Shown: positions 1 through 9,029 of the stretch, one piece after another
Numbering within the stretch: the first letter of the stretch is position 1
How the letters are laid out: each line of letters begins with the position of its first letter
Notes under the pieces: model-generated
Seen by the model: only the letters and a program-made list of their open reading frames with translations
Databases searched by the model: none
What the model was told of the DNA's origin: nothing
IMG/VR virus record: IMGVR_UViG_3300020176_000010
Span: 17,141 to 81,140 of that record
Direction: 5' to 3' (one strand)
Length of the DNA stretch: 64,000 nt
Origin: a virus
Made by a program: the position numbers and the translations under genes

Positions 1-1
1 G

Positions 2-163
2 CACAACAGAACCGCCAGCTCCGGCGACACGCACTACGCCGACCAGAAGGTTGGCCTGCTGCCACAGTGGGTCAGCGAAGAAGGTCGTCGCGATTCAACG
101 CCGGCCGAATACAATCAGCGCATCGAGGCGATGAAAGATCTGATCGCCTGCCTCCGCAACTAA
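2..163 (+). CDS. 3' end of a large polyvalent virion protein (partial)
   Basis: Open frame HNRTASSGDTHYADQKVGLLPQW...RIEAMKDLIACLRN* ending at TAA 161-163, 12 nt before the next gene. The YADQKVGLLPxW motif resembles phage polyvalent proteins. Confidence 0.7.
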   Translation, partial: HNRTASSGDTHYADQKVGLLPQWVSEEGRRDSTPAEYNQRIEAMKDLIACLRN

Positions 164-175
164 GGACCGAAGTAC

Positions 176-3100
176 ATGGCCCAGATTACGAACTGCCTGA
201 AGCTCATCTCCCGCATGCCTGAGAGCGACCAGGACGCACTGGTTTCTCGACTTGACGAGCTGCAGGCTCTCGGCGTTCCTGCGCAGCGCGCACAGGTGCA
301 GGCGGCCATCGACCTGATGTCGCGCCTGGAGCGCGAGGCAAACCCGCAGGGTATTCAACGCAGCGCAGCGCGCGACGTCACCGAGACGCCGGAGTTCCGC
401 AGCTGGTTTGGCGATAGCAAGGTGGTGGATGCCGATGGCAAGCCGCTTGTCGTGTACCACGCAACCACATCGAACATTAAAAAGTTCTCGACGAAGAAGT
501 CAGCAGGCGGCTTCTACTTCACGCCAAACGCCGAAGATGCATACCCAAGCAAGCGCGGCGAAATGACGTCCGAGCGCGGTCTCAATGTGATGCCAGCCTA
601 CCTGGCCATCAACAGCCCACTGCGGACCAGCGACCCAGCCGATTGGCACAGGCTTGACGCAGACCGACGCTCCAGCATCGAGGATCGCGGATTTGACGGC
701 GTCATTGTTGAAAACGAAGACGGGTCTGTGCGCGAGTACATCGCCTTCGAGCCCAGCCAGATCAAGTCCGCCATCGGAAACCGGGGCACCTTCGACCCGG
801 CCGACCCCGACATCACCCGCAGCGCATCCCGCCTGCCCGCCGGTGTTGAAATCATCGAGGTCGATGATGGCTTCGACGCCATGCAAGACGGCAAGCGCAT
901 CGGCCGCCTGCGCGACAACCTGCCACGCGGCGCCGCTGAGCGGCTGGACGAAAACGCCAGCGTCGACATCGTCAAGGTCGAGAACGAGTTCAAGGGCCAA
1001 GGTGTTGGCGCGGCCCTGTACGACGCCTTCTACGAGAAGCACGGCGGCCGCATCGCGCCATCCGGCAAGACCTCGCCAGAGGCCTGGGCCCTGTGGAAGC
1101 GCAAGTTCCCTCAGAAGGTGCAGGAGTTCGTGCAGGCCGAAGCTCAGCGCATCCGCGACGGCGCAGACCCATTCATGGTCATGCGCAACATCACCGACAA
1201 GGACGTAGCGCGCGACGTGGCCATTGCGGCGGGCGACAACGTTATCCGCAGCGTGGCGCGGAATGTGGTCGATAGCGCCGAGTTCAAGCGCTGGTTCGGC
1301 GACAGTAAGGTGGCGGATGCCGAGGGTAAGCCGCTGGTGGTGTATCACGGCAGCCGATACAACGCCGACATCAAGAGGTTCAGCGCAGCAAAGTCCGAGC
1401 AATCGGCGGCGGAGCGCGGAATCTACTTTACCGACAGCGCAGATCATGCAGATCAATACGCGAGCCAGTGGGGAGACGCCAGCCCAGAAGACGGCGGCTC
1501 AATTTACCCCGTCTATCTGAAGATTGAAAACCCCTACGTTTCCAATGCGTGGGAGTGGAACATGGGCACAGACATCACGCCAGCCCAAGCTCGCAAACGA
1601 GGGCATGATGGCTACGTGATTCAAAACCACGAGGGCGGCACAACCTACATCGCCTTCCGCCCCGAGCAGATCAAGAGCGCCATCGGCAACCGCGGCACGT
1701 TCGACCCATCCGACACCGACATCACGCGCAGCGCCGCGCGCCCCGAATTCTTCAGCCAGCTGCAGCGCTCCATCGAACAAGTGCCAGACCGCCTGGCCAC
1801 CATGTCTGCGCCACAGTGGAAGCTCTGGCTTGACGCCAATGCAGCCAAGCTGGGCGTAAAGAAGGACGAGATTGAGTGGTCAACAATCAAGGATTACTTG
1901 ACACTTCGTGGCAAGGACAAGGTCACGCGCGACGAGTTGGCGGCATACCTGTCTGACAGCGGTGTGCGGGTGCGGGAGGTTGTTCTTGGTGGCGGCGGCA
2001 CTGAAAAGGTAACCTTGGTTCGAGACTCAACCAGGCAGGACGCATGGGGAGAAGTCGTCGTCTATCGAAGCTCCGACGGGGCTTTCGTTGTCGAGAATGG
2101 AATTGGTGGGCAGAGCTGGTCGGTTCAGGATGCCGATTCATACGACAGCGACTACTCAGAAGACGATGGAAGCTACGCAGGAAGCTTCAGCTCACGCGAA
2201 GCTGTAGAGTCTTTCATCAATGGCCAGACGCAGGCCGCCGACCCATATTACTCCGGCGTTGGATCGAACCCAGCAACCAAGTATGGCGCCTATACCGTGC
2301 CCGGCGGCCCGCTCTCGCGCGATACTGAGATCCTGACCCGTGATGGCTGGATGCGGATGGATGAGGTTCAGATCGGCGACGAGGTCATGACGCGACGAGA
2401 TGAAGACGGCGGCCTGGAGTGGCAGCCAGTTGAAGCGCTGCCGACCGTTTACGCAGAAAAGCTATACCACTTCAAGAATCAATCGATCAACATGCGCGTC
2501 ACGCCATGCCACAAGATGGTAGTCAAGCGTCGGCGCAGATCAACGGGCGAGATCGTTCGCGTCACGGCAGAGCAGCTTTGGGGCATGTCGGAGATGGTAG
2601 CCCCACTCACGGGGTCATGGGGCGGCGGTGAATTCTCTGACCTGTTTGATCAAGATCCTGGAGATGTCGCTGAGCTGCTTGGGTGGTTTATTGCAGAAGG
2701 CCACTACAAGACGGAGGCGGATGGCAAGAAGTCAACCATCGGTATTGCTCAGTGCCGATCAGCAAACAGCGACAAGTGCGCCCGTATCGAGTCCCTATTG
2801 GGGAGGATGGGTATCGCCTGGAATTACTCTGGCGGTCAGTATTGGCTGGGTGTCAAGAAGATGTCTGCCGATCTGGTGCAGCTTCTGCATGCACAAGGGA
2901 AATCTGCTGAAAAGTATGTGCCTGGCTTCATGTTCAATGCGCCAGCCAGCGTCATTCAGCGCATGCTTGATGGCCTCTTGCTTGGCGATGGCTGCCTTGT
3001 AAAGCAGAATGGCCGAAAGCCTCGGTGGACATACCACACGAAATCCAAGCAGCTGGCAGATGATGTCCAGGTGCTTGCTCTTCTCGTTGGTAAACGTGGA

Positions 3101-3739
3101 TCCGTGTCTCGGCGCAAGACGGGTCTTTACACGGTCACCATCAATGATAAGCAGTGGGCGAGCATCGATGATGCGAAGCACGCGGTCGTCGATTACAACG
3201 ACATCGCGTACTGCGTCACTGTGAAGAATCACTCGATCTACGTTCGTACCAATGGCGTCGCAGCGTTCACTGGAAACTCCAACTACCGCGAGGTGCTGAT
3301 CACGTTGCCTCCGATTGGCCGGGTGAGATACACCGAGGAAAATGTCGTCGCCATCGATGACGCGGACGACCCAAATCGTTCCCGCTACTTCTGGCGCTTC
3401 AAGGTTCCAGGCAATGAGCTACAGATCTCCAAGCAGGTTTACCGCACCCAGGAGGAGGCGAAGGCCTACATCCTGAGCGAGAAGCAGCCAGAGCCTCCGG
3501 CCGACAAGAACTACCGCTCCAGCCACTGGGATGCGCTGAATGTTATCGCGCATATCAGGGTGGATGATAGGGTGGACTCCGATGGAAAAAAAGTGCTCTT
3601 TGTGAATGAGCTGCAAAGTGATTTTGGCCAGGACTATCGCAAGGCAAAAGAAGCAATCGAGAGCGCTGTTGACACCGATTTTATGGGCATCGTCGAGCGC
3701 ATGAAAAAAGCAGGCGTACTGGAGGTTGTTTGTGATTAA
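176..3739 (+). CDS. Large polyvalent (ejection/internal virion) protein: 2 ART-PolyVal-like ADP-ribosyltransferase domains, GNAT domain, intein-containing domain
   Basis: Two copies of FxxWFGDSKVxDAxGKPLVVYH..G(F/I)YFT..YL.I..P..G.DG..YIAF.P.QIKSAIGNRGTFDP; GNAT motif A VENEFKGQGVGAALY; YTVPGG/SNYRE..SHW..AHIR..LFVNELQSD domain. Confidence 0.85.
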   Translation: MAQITNCLKLISRMPESDQDALVSRLDELQALGVPAQRAQVQAAIDLMSRLEREANPQGIQRSAARDVTETPEFRSWFGDSKVVDADGKPLVVYHATTSNIKKFSTKKSAGGFYFTPNAEDAYPSKRGEMTSERGLNVMPAYLAINSPLRTSDPADWHRLDADRRSSIEDRGFDGVIVENEDGSVREYIAFEPSQIKSAIGNRGTFDPADPDITRSASRLPAGVEIIEVDDGFDAMQDGKRIGRLRDNLPRGAAERLDENASVDIVKVENEFKGQGVGAALYDAFYEKHGGRIAPSGKTSPEAWALWKRKFPQKVQEFVQAEAQRIRDGADPFMVMRNITDKDVARDVAIAAGDNVIRSVARNVVDSAEFKRWFGDSKVADAEGKPLVVYHGSRYNADIKRFSAAKSEQSAAERGIYFTDSADHADQYASQWGDASPEDGGSIYPVYLKIENPYVSNAWEWNMGTDITPAQARKRGHDGYVIQNHEGGTTYIAFRPEQIKSAIGNRGTFDPSDTDITRSAARPEFFSQLQRSIEQVPDRLATMSAPQWKLWLDANAAKLGVKKDEIEWSTIKDYLTLRGKDKVTRDELAAYLSDSGVRVREVVLGGGGTEKVTLVRDSTRQDAWGEVVVYRSSDGAFVVENGIGGQSWSVQDADSYDSDYSEDDGSYAGSFSSREAVESFINGQTQAADPYYSGVGSNPATKYGAYTVPGGPLSRDTEILTRDGWMRMDEVQIGDEVMTRRDEDGGLEWQPVEALPTVYAEKLYHFKNQSINMRVTPCHKMVVKRRRRSTGEIVRVTAEQLWGMSEMVAPLTGSWGGGEFSDLFDQDPGDVAELLGWFIAEGHYKTEADGKKSTIGIAQCRSANSDKCARIESLLGRMGIAWNYSGGQYWLGVKKMSADLVQLLHAQGKSAEKYVPGFMFNAPASVIQRMLDGLLLGDGCLVKQNGRKPRWTYHTKSKQLADDVQVLALLVGKRGSVSRRKTGLYTVTINDKQWASIDDAKHAVVDYNDIAYCVTVKNHSIYVRTNGVAAFTGNSNYREVLITLPPIGRVRYTEENVVAIDDADDPNRSRYFWRFKVPGNELQISKQVYRTQEEAKAYILSEKQPEPPADKNYRSSHWDALNVIAHIRVDDRVDSDGKKVLFVNELQSDFGQDYRKAKEAIESAVDTDFMGIVERMKKAGVLEVVCD
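2309..3277 (+). mobile_element. Intein (323 aa) with LAGLIDADG endonuclease and non-canonical Pro1
   Basis: Block A PLSRDTEILTRDGW, block B VTPCH, LAGLIDADG motifs LLGWFIAEG and MLDGLLLGDG, block F AYCVTV, C-terminal FTGN|S. Removal restores YTVPGG-SNYREVLITLP. Confidence 0.9.
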
Positions 3740-4367
3740 GACCTTCTATGTTTACAGGCACTACCACACCGACAGCGGACTCCCATTTTATGTTGGCAAG
3801 GGGACCAGACTATCCAAGAGTGACGGCTATCGCAGGGCTTTTGATGTGCATCGAAGGAAGGCCTCATGGAAAAGCGCGTCCGCAAAGCACGGCCTAGTGG
3901 TAGAGGTTGTGGCCGAGTTCTTTGCTGAGGCGGATGCTCTTGCGTTTGAGGCCGATTTGATAGCTATGCATGGTCGCCGGGATCTTTGTGCTGGCACGCT
4001 CATAAATCACACCGATGGGGGTGAGGGGTGCTCTGGGTTTAAGCACAAGCCGGAGTCAATCGAGCGCATTCGGATGGCAAGCCAAGGGCGCCGCCTTGGC
4101 GATGCGTCACGCCGCAGAATCTCCGATGCGCTAACCGGTAGTCGGCACCCTGGCTACGGCCGCCGGCAGTCGGCAGAAACGTCCGAGCGAAAAAGGGTGG
4201 CGATGCTAGGTAAAAACTTAAATGGTCGCTCTGTGCTGGATCGCTCAACAGGCGCTGTGTACAAATCAGTTCTTGCGGCATCAAGAGCAACAGGAATACC
4301 GGCACGAACACTCGCCAACTATCTGCATGGCGAGAGGAAGAATAGAACAGAAATGGAGTTCGCATAA
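3732..4367 (+). CDS. Free-standing GIY-YIG-type homing endonuclease with NUMOD-like DNA-binding repeats
   Basis: FYVYRH..FYVGKG..R..EADALAFEADLI..LINHTDGGEG, then NUMOD3-like and terminal HTH-like segments. GTG start at 3732 after GGAGG; overlaps both neighbours. Confidence 0.85.
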   Translation: MIKTFYVYRHYHTDSGLPFYVGKGTRLSKSDGYRRAFDVHRRKASWKSASAKHGLVVEVVAEFFAEADALAFEADLIAMHGRRDLCAGTLINHTDGGEGCSGFKHKPESIERIRMASQGRRLGDASRRRISDALTGSRHPGYGRRQSAETSERKRVAMLGKNLNGRSVLDRSTGAVYKSVLAASRATGIPARTLANYLHGERKNRTEMEFA

Positions 4368-7300
4368 TGGCCTGCCGATACACCTACCAGGGCAAGACCT
4401 ACGAGGCCCACGAATTCGACGACGTGCTGCGCGCTATGGCGCCAATGGATGCGGAGAAGTTCATGCCTACCGTGAAGAGCATTCCATCAGCGCCACTGAT
4501 CTCCGACACCAAGGCCTGGGCCGGCCTCGCCCTGAAGCGCGCCATCATGATGGCCGTGGAGGAGGGGCACGACAAGATCGCTTTGATCACCGGGCAGCAG
4601 GCCGCGGATCTCTATGACCTGAGCAAGCAGATCAGCAGGGTCGAGTTCTCGGACGCCAGCAGCGGAGGCGTCAGTGATGCCAACCTTGGCGCGCCAGATG
4701 GATCTGGGAATCTGTCGGCATTCGACCTTGACGGCAAGCGTGTCATCGACACCTATGTCAGCGCCGACAAGATCGAGGACTATGTTGGCAAGGAGGTTGC
4801 GCGCAAACTACTCGAATCCGAGCCAAGGGCCGTCCGCGCCGCCGGAGTTGGCCTGCGTCGCCGCTCCCTTGATGGCCTAGACCTCAAGGTCGGTGGCGAA
4901 GGCATGCGCGCCTTCTACGACCAGATCATCCCCCAGGTGGCGCGCGACGTGCTGAAGAGGCTGGGCGGCGGGCAACTGGCCACAGCGAAAATCACAACCG
5001 ACAAGAATGGCTGGCACATCACGCCACCCAGCCAGACGGCCAGCGGAAAGTGGATGGTCAAGAGCAGCGACTACAACTCCGTCGGCCTCAAGTTCGACAC
5101 AGAGGCCGAGGCGCGCGCCGCCCTGGCCGAGAAGCAGGAAACGAGCGAGCAGGTTTCGCTCGACATCACGGACTCCATGCGCGAGAAGGTGGCCTCCGGC
5201 GTGCCGCTGTTCAGCCGCCGCCGTGGCTGGGATGCATTCCCTGACGCGATCATCGCGACACCGCCGTCCACACAATCAAGCGACCCATCGTACGCAGCAG
5301 CCAAGGGCGGCGACATGAAGGCCGCGCTCGAGCTCGTGGACCGCGTGATGCCCGATGACATCGAGCAGCGCGTGCGCGCAACCATTGGTGATGCCAAGCC
5401 TATCGTTGCCGCCGTGCACGCCGAAGAGGCCGCCGGCCGCAACAAGATCCCCTTGGCCACCGCCTTCGTGCTCGGAGAGCGCATGGGTCTGCAGGTCGAC
5501 GAGAAGCTGGTTCAGGCATCACGCGCCAAGCGCACCGGCTCCGACGGCATGGCCCGCCTCGGCGTGCAGCCAGAGTTTGCCGGCGAAGTGGAGCGCGACG
5601 CAGACTACCTGCTGGTCGATGACACCCTGGCCCAGGGCGGCACGCTGGCGCAGCTCAAGACCCACATCGAGGACAACGGCGGCCGCGTCGTGGGGGTATT
5701 CGCGCTGAGCGGCAAGCAATACTCTGCTAAGATTTCCCTTGATAATGCAACACTTAATGATGTCAGGGCGAAGTATGGATCGATCGAAGACTGGTGGAAA
5801 GGCGAGCTCGGCTACGGCTTCGAAGGCCTCACACAGTCCGAGGCCCGCTACATGCTCAACTCCGGGCTTTCGCCTGAAGCCCTGCGAGATCGAGTCGCTG
5901 CAGCACGACAAGCGGCTGGCGCTGGAGATGGCGCGCAGCGTTCGGAAAGCGTTGGCGATCAAGAAGTAGTACGCAGCATGCCGCGCGTTCCTGGTTTGAA
6001 CGCCGGGCCTGTCGAGAGCACGACAGGAGACTATGGCCGCGAGTACACGCCGCAGCAGTTGGCCATGTTCAAGAACACCGGCCGCACCACGCAGAAGCCG
6101 TCCCTCGTTGAGCGCCTAAAAGAGGCTCGCAAAGACTTGGGCAAGAAGATGGCCCAAGGCATCGTCGATCAATTCCGCCCGCTGCGCGATCTCGGCGGCA
6201 ACGCCTACACGCTGGCCCGCTTGTCAAAGGGCGCGGCCGGCGCGTTCGAGGCGCTGCTTGGCCACGGCAAACTGAAGATCGTCGATGGAGCCTACGACGC
6301 AGACACCAGCGGCGGCTTCATTGACACCGTCGGCAAACCCCTTGGCCGCGAGATCGAAGACTTCATGTGGTGGGTAGCCGCCAACCGCGCGGACAGCCTT
6401 TCTCTGCAGGACCGCGAGAACCTCTTCACTGACGACGACATTGCCGCGGGCAAATCGCTGGCAGACGGAGACCTCGAGTTCGACTACCTCCTGCAGAGCG
6501 GCGCAACAACGCGCGACCGCAAGGCCGCCTACGAGGACTCGCTGAAGAAGTTCAACGCGTTTGGCAAGAATGTGCTGGACATCGCCGAGGAGAGCGGACT
6601 GATCGATGGAGAGAGCCGCAAGCTGTGGGAGAGTGAGTTCTACGTGCCGTTCTACCGCGTGAGCGAAGAGGATGGCTCATTCATTGGCGCAAAGATCAAG
6701 GGCGGCCTGGCTCGCCAGCGCGCGTTCCACGAGCTCAAAGGCGGAAGCCAGAAGCTGAACAGCGACCTGCTGGCGAACACCATGCGCAACTGGGCGCACC
6801 TGATCGACGCGTCTGCGAAGAACCGCGCAGCCAAGGCGACGCTTGAGTCTGCGCAGAATGTCGGCATCGCGCTTGAGGCTGACGCTGAGACCGTACGCCA
6901 GCTCGGAAAGTCGATGGGCGGCAAGGGTGGCACCGTTTGGTTCATGGACGGCGGCCAGCAGCGCCACTTCCTGGTTGGCGACCCATACGTGCTCGAGGCA
7001 ATCAATAGCCTGGAGTACGCCGGCCTGCGCGGCCCACTGATGGACGCCCTTTCCACAATGAAGCACTGGCTGACCGTCGGCGTCACGGCGTCGCCAGCGT
7101 TCAAGATCCGCAACTTGATCCGCGACTCGATTCAGGCCATCAGCTTGAGCGGCCTGAGCTACAACCCGGTGACCAACCTGGTTGAGGGCTACAAGGCCAC
7201 AGATCGAGCAAGCCAGGACTACGTCTCTACGCTGGCATCTGGCGGCCTGATTCGCTTTGGCTCCATGCTGGAAGACAGCGCATCAGAGCGCGTACGGAGG

Positions 7301-8572
7301 CTTGTGAAGAAGGGCGTCGATGGCAACACCATCCTGGACAGCGAGAGCAAGGTGCAGGCCTTCTATGGGAAGTACCTTGAGCCAGCGATTGAGGCCTACC
7401 AAGAGATCGGCAACCGCGGGGAGGAGATCAACCGCGCCTCGCTGTACAAGCAGCTGCGCGCAAAGGGCGTAAGTCATGCGGAGGCATCCCTGATGGCGCG
7501 CGACCTTATGGACTTCAGCATGCAGGGAACGTGGACCAGCATTCGGTTCCTGACCCAGGTTGTGCCGTTCATGAACGCCCGCCTGCAGGGTATGTACAAG
7601 CTGGGCCGTGGAGCCATGGAGGATCCTCGTCGATTCGCCCTGGTTACCGGCGCCGTGGCACTCATGTCTATCTCGCTGCTGGCGGCCTACGGCGATGACG
7701 ACGACTGGAAAAAGCGCGAGGACTGGGATCGCGATGGATTCTGGTGGTTCAAGTTCGGCGGCACAGCATTCCGCATTCCGAAGCCATTCGAAATTGGCGC
7801 CATCGGCAGCCTTGCCGAGCGTGGAGTTGAGCTCTTCACCAACGACGAGTTCACCGCAAAGCGCTTCGGCAGCCGGGTGCTCCACCTGCTTGGCGACAAC
7901 CTGGCCATGAACCCAATTCCGCAAGCTGTGAAGCCAATGCTGGACATCTACGCCAACAAGGACAGCTTCTCCGGCAGGCCGATCGAGTCGATGGGCATGG
8001 AGCGCCTGCAGTCCGAGTACCGCTACAACGTGCACACAAGCATGATCGCCAGGGGCGCCAGCTCCGCGCTGAATGCGGCAACGCGCACCGTTGGCGCGGA
8101 GGCCCTCAGCCCGGTGCAGATCGACTCACTGATCCGCGGATACTTTGGATGGCTTGGAACCTTTGTGGTTGCAGGAGCGGATATGGCAGTGCGCCCACTC
8201 ACTGACGAGCCAGCACGCCCACAGGCCGATTACCTGAAGGTGGTGTCACAGGGTTTCTTGAAGACCTTGCCAGAGCCTGGCTCAAAGTACGTGAGCGCCA
8301 TGTACGACCAGGCAAAGGTAATCGAGCAGGCCTACGCCACGCACCGGCAGATGGTCAAAGAGGGCAAGGTCGACGAGGCGCGCGAGTTCGCGGCCGAGAA
8401 CAAAGATCTGCTGGAGCGCCACCGCAGGATCGAGGGCGTCAAAGAGGCCCAGTCCAAGATCAACAAGCGCGTGCGCGAGATCGAGCTCAGCGACATGGAC
8501 CCAGCTCGCAAGGCCGAGGAGATCCAAAAGCTGCGCGATCAGTCGGGCAAGATCGCTCGGAAGGTTTACTGA
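4367..8572 (+). CDS. Large polyvalent ejection protein: second half of the split domain, PRTase domain, C-terminal LPD38-like region
   Basis: PSAP..W..LALKRAIMMAVEEGHDKIALITGQQAADLYDLSKQ; PRPP-binding loop YLLVDDTLAQGGTL; FRIPKPFEIG motif and hydrophobic helix near the C-terminus. Confidence 0.85.
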   Translation: MACRYTYQGKTYEAHEFDDVLRAMAPMDAEKFMPTVKSIPSAPLISDTKAWAGLALKRAIMMAVEEGHDKIALITGQQAADLYDLSKQISRVEFSDASSGGVSDANLGAPDGSGNLSAFDLDGKRVIDTYVSADKIEDYVGKEVARKLLESEPRAVRAAGVGLRRRSLDGLDLKVGGEGMRAFYDQIIPQVARDVLKRLGGGQLATAKITTDKNGWHITPPSQTASGKWMVKSSDYNSVGLKFDTEAEARAALAEKQETSEQVSLDITDSMREKVASGVPLFSRRRGWDAFPDAIIATPPSTQSSDPSYAAAKGGDMKAALELVDRVMPDDIEQRVRATIGDAKPIVAAVHAEEAAGRNKIPLATAFVLGERMGLQVDEKLVQASRAKRTGSDGMARLGVQPEFAGEVERDADYLLVDDTLAQGGTLAQLKTHIEDNGGRVVGVFALSGKQYSAKISLDNATLNDVRAKYGSIEDWWKGELGYGFEGLTQSEARYMLNSGLSPEALRDRVAAARQAAGAGDGAQRSESVGDQEVVRSMPRVPGLNAGPVESTTGDYGREYTPQQLAMFKNTGRTTQKPSLVERLKEARKDLGKKMAQGIVDQFRPLRDLGGNAYTLARLSKGAAGAFEALLGHGKLKIVDGAYDADTSGGFIDTVGKPLGREIEDFMWWVAANRADSLSLQDRENLFTDDDIAAGKSLADGDLEFDYLLQSGATTRDRKAAYEDSLKKFNAFGKNVLDIAEESGLIDGESRKLWESEFYVPFYRVSEEDGSFIGAKIKGGLARQRAFHELKGGSQKLNSDLLANTMRNWAHLIDASAKNRAAKATLESAQNVGIALEADAETVRQLGKSMGGKGGTVWFMDGGQQRHFLVGDPYVLEAINSLEYAGLRGPLMDALSTMKHWLTVGVTASPAFKIRNLIRDSIQAISLSGLSYNPVTNLVEGYKATDRASQDYVSTLASGGLIRFGSMLEDSASERVRRLVKKGVDGNTILDSESKVQAFYGKYLEPAIEAYQEIGNRGEEINRASLYKQLRAKGVSHAEASLMARDLMDFSMQGTWTSIRFLTQVVPFMNARLQGMYKLGRGAMEDPRRFALVTGAVALMSISLLAAYGDDDDWKKREDWDRDGFWWFKFGGTAFRIPKPFEIGAIGSLAERGVELFTNDEFTAKRFGSRVLHLLGDNLAMNPIPQAVKPMLDIYANKDSFSGRPIESMGMERLQSEYRYNVHTSMIARGASSALNAATRTVGAEALSPVQIDSLIRGYFGWLGTFVVAGADMAVRPLTDEPARPQADYLKVVSQGFLKTLPEPGSKYVSAMYDQAKVIEQAYATHRQMVKEGKVDEAREFAAENKDLLERHRRIEGVKEAQSKINKRVREIELSDMDPARKAEEIQKLRDQSGKIARKVY

Positions 8573-8775
8573 CAGCACGGGGCTGTGATGGCCCCGTATC
8601 TGATTGCCTGGAGGATGGATCCAACGATCCATCCGGCAGCCCCGAGGCAAACCATCCAGACGACAGCCGTGCCAAACAAGTCCTTGATGCGAGCCTTTGT
8701 GGCACCGCCAAGGATTGCAAAAAGACCAAAGAAAGCGAGTAGTGCGAGCATTGCCGATTTTATAGAGGTCGGCAA
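8566..8775 (-). CDS. Small membrane protein
   Basis: 69 aa with two hydrophobic segments, convergent with the ejection gene. Confidence 0.5.
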   Translation of the reverse strand: MPTSIKSAMLALLAFFGLFAILGGATKARIKDLFGTAVVWMVCLGAAGWIVGSILQAIRYGAITAPCCQ

Positions 8776-8796
8776 TGCTTGAGTCTCTTTTCTGCG

Positions 8797-9012
8797 CTAA
8801 ATCGTGCAGAACTCGTGCAGCTGTCGCTTTTTTAAGACGTATGCCTCATGAGCCTTTTCTGGTGCCTCGTAGAAGCCTGCGTGGTGCTGCTTGCCATTCA
8901 GGTTCACCTTTGCTCCCCATGCGTTTCGCTGCGCAGACCAGTAGACGCCAAGCAGGCCCGATGCCTTGTTGTGCGACCACGCCTTCCGCGTGTTCTGCGC
9001 ATTCTGGGACTT
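8797..9012 (-). pseudogene. AP2-domain gene fragment interrupted by the IS
   Basis: KSQNAQN..SGLLGVYW..WGAKVNLNGKQHHAGFYEAPEKAHEAY is the AP2 tail typical of HNH-AP2 proteins; it begins exactly at the IS right end. Confidence 0.8.
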
Positions 9013-9029
9013 TTGACATCCTCTCCGGC

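Noticed and set aside
3726-4367. Group I intron carrying the GIY-YIG gene
   Set aside because: The ORF overlaps the upstream stop and downstream start, leaving no non-coding room, and I saw no P7-type core. Not formally excluded without RT-PCR.
3600-4460. Split intein joining the two polyvalent genes
   Set aside because: The flanking peptides lack Hint blocks A/B and a terminal (H)N-C/S/T motif.
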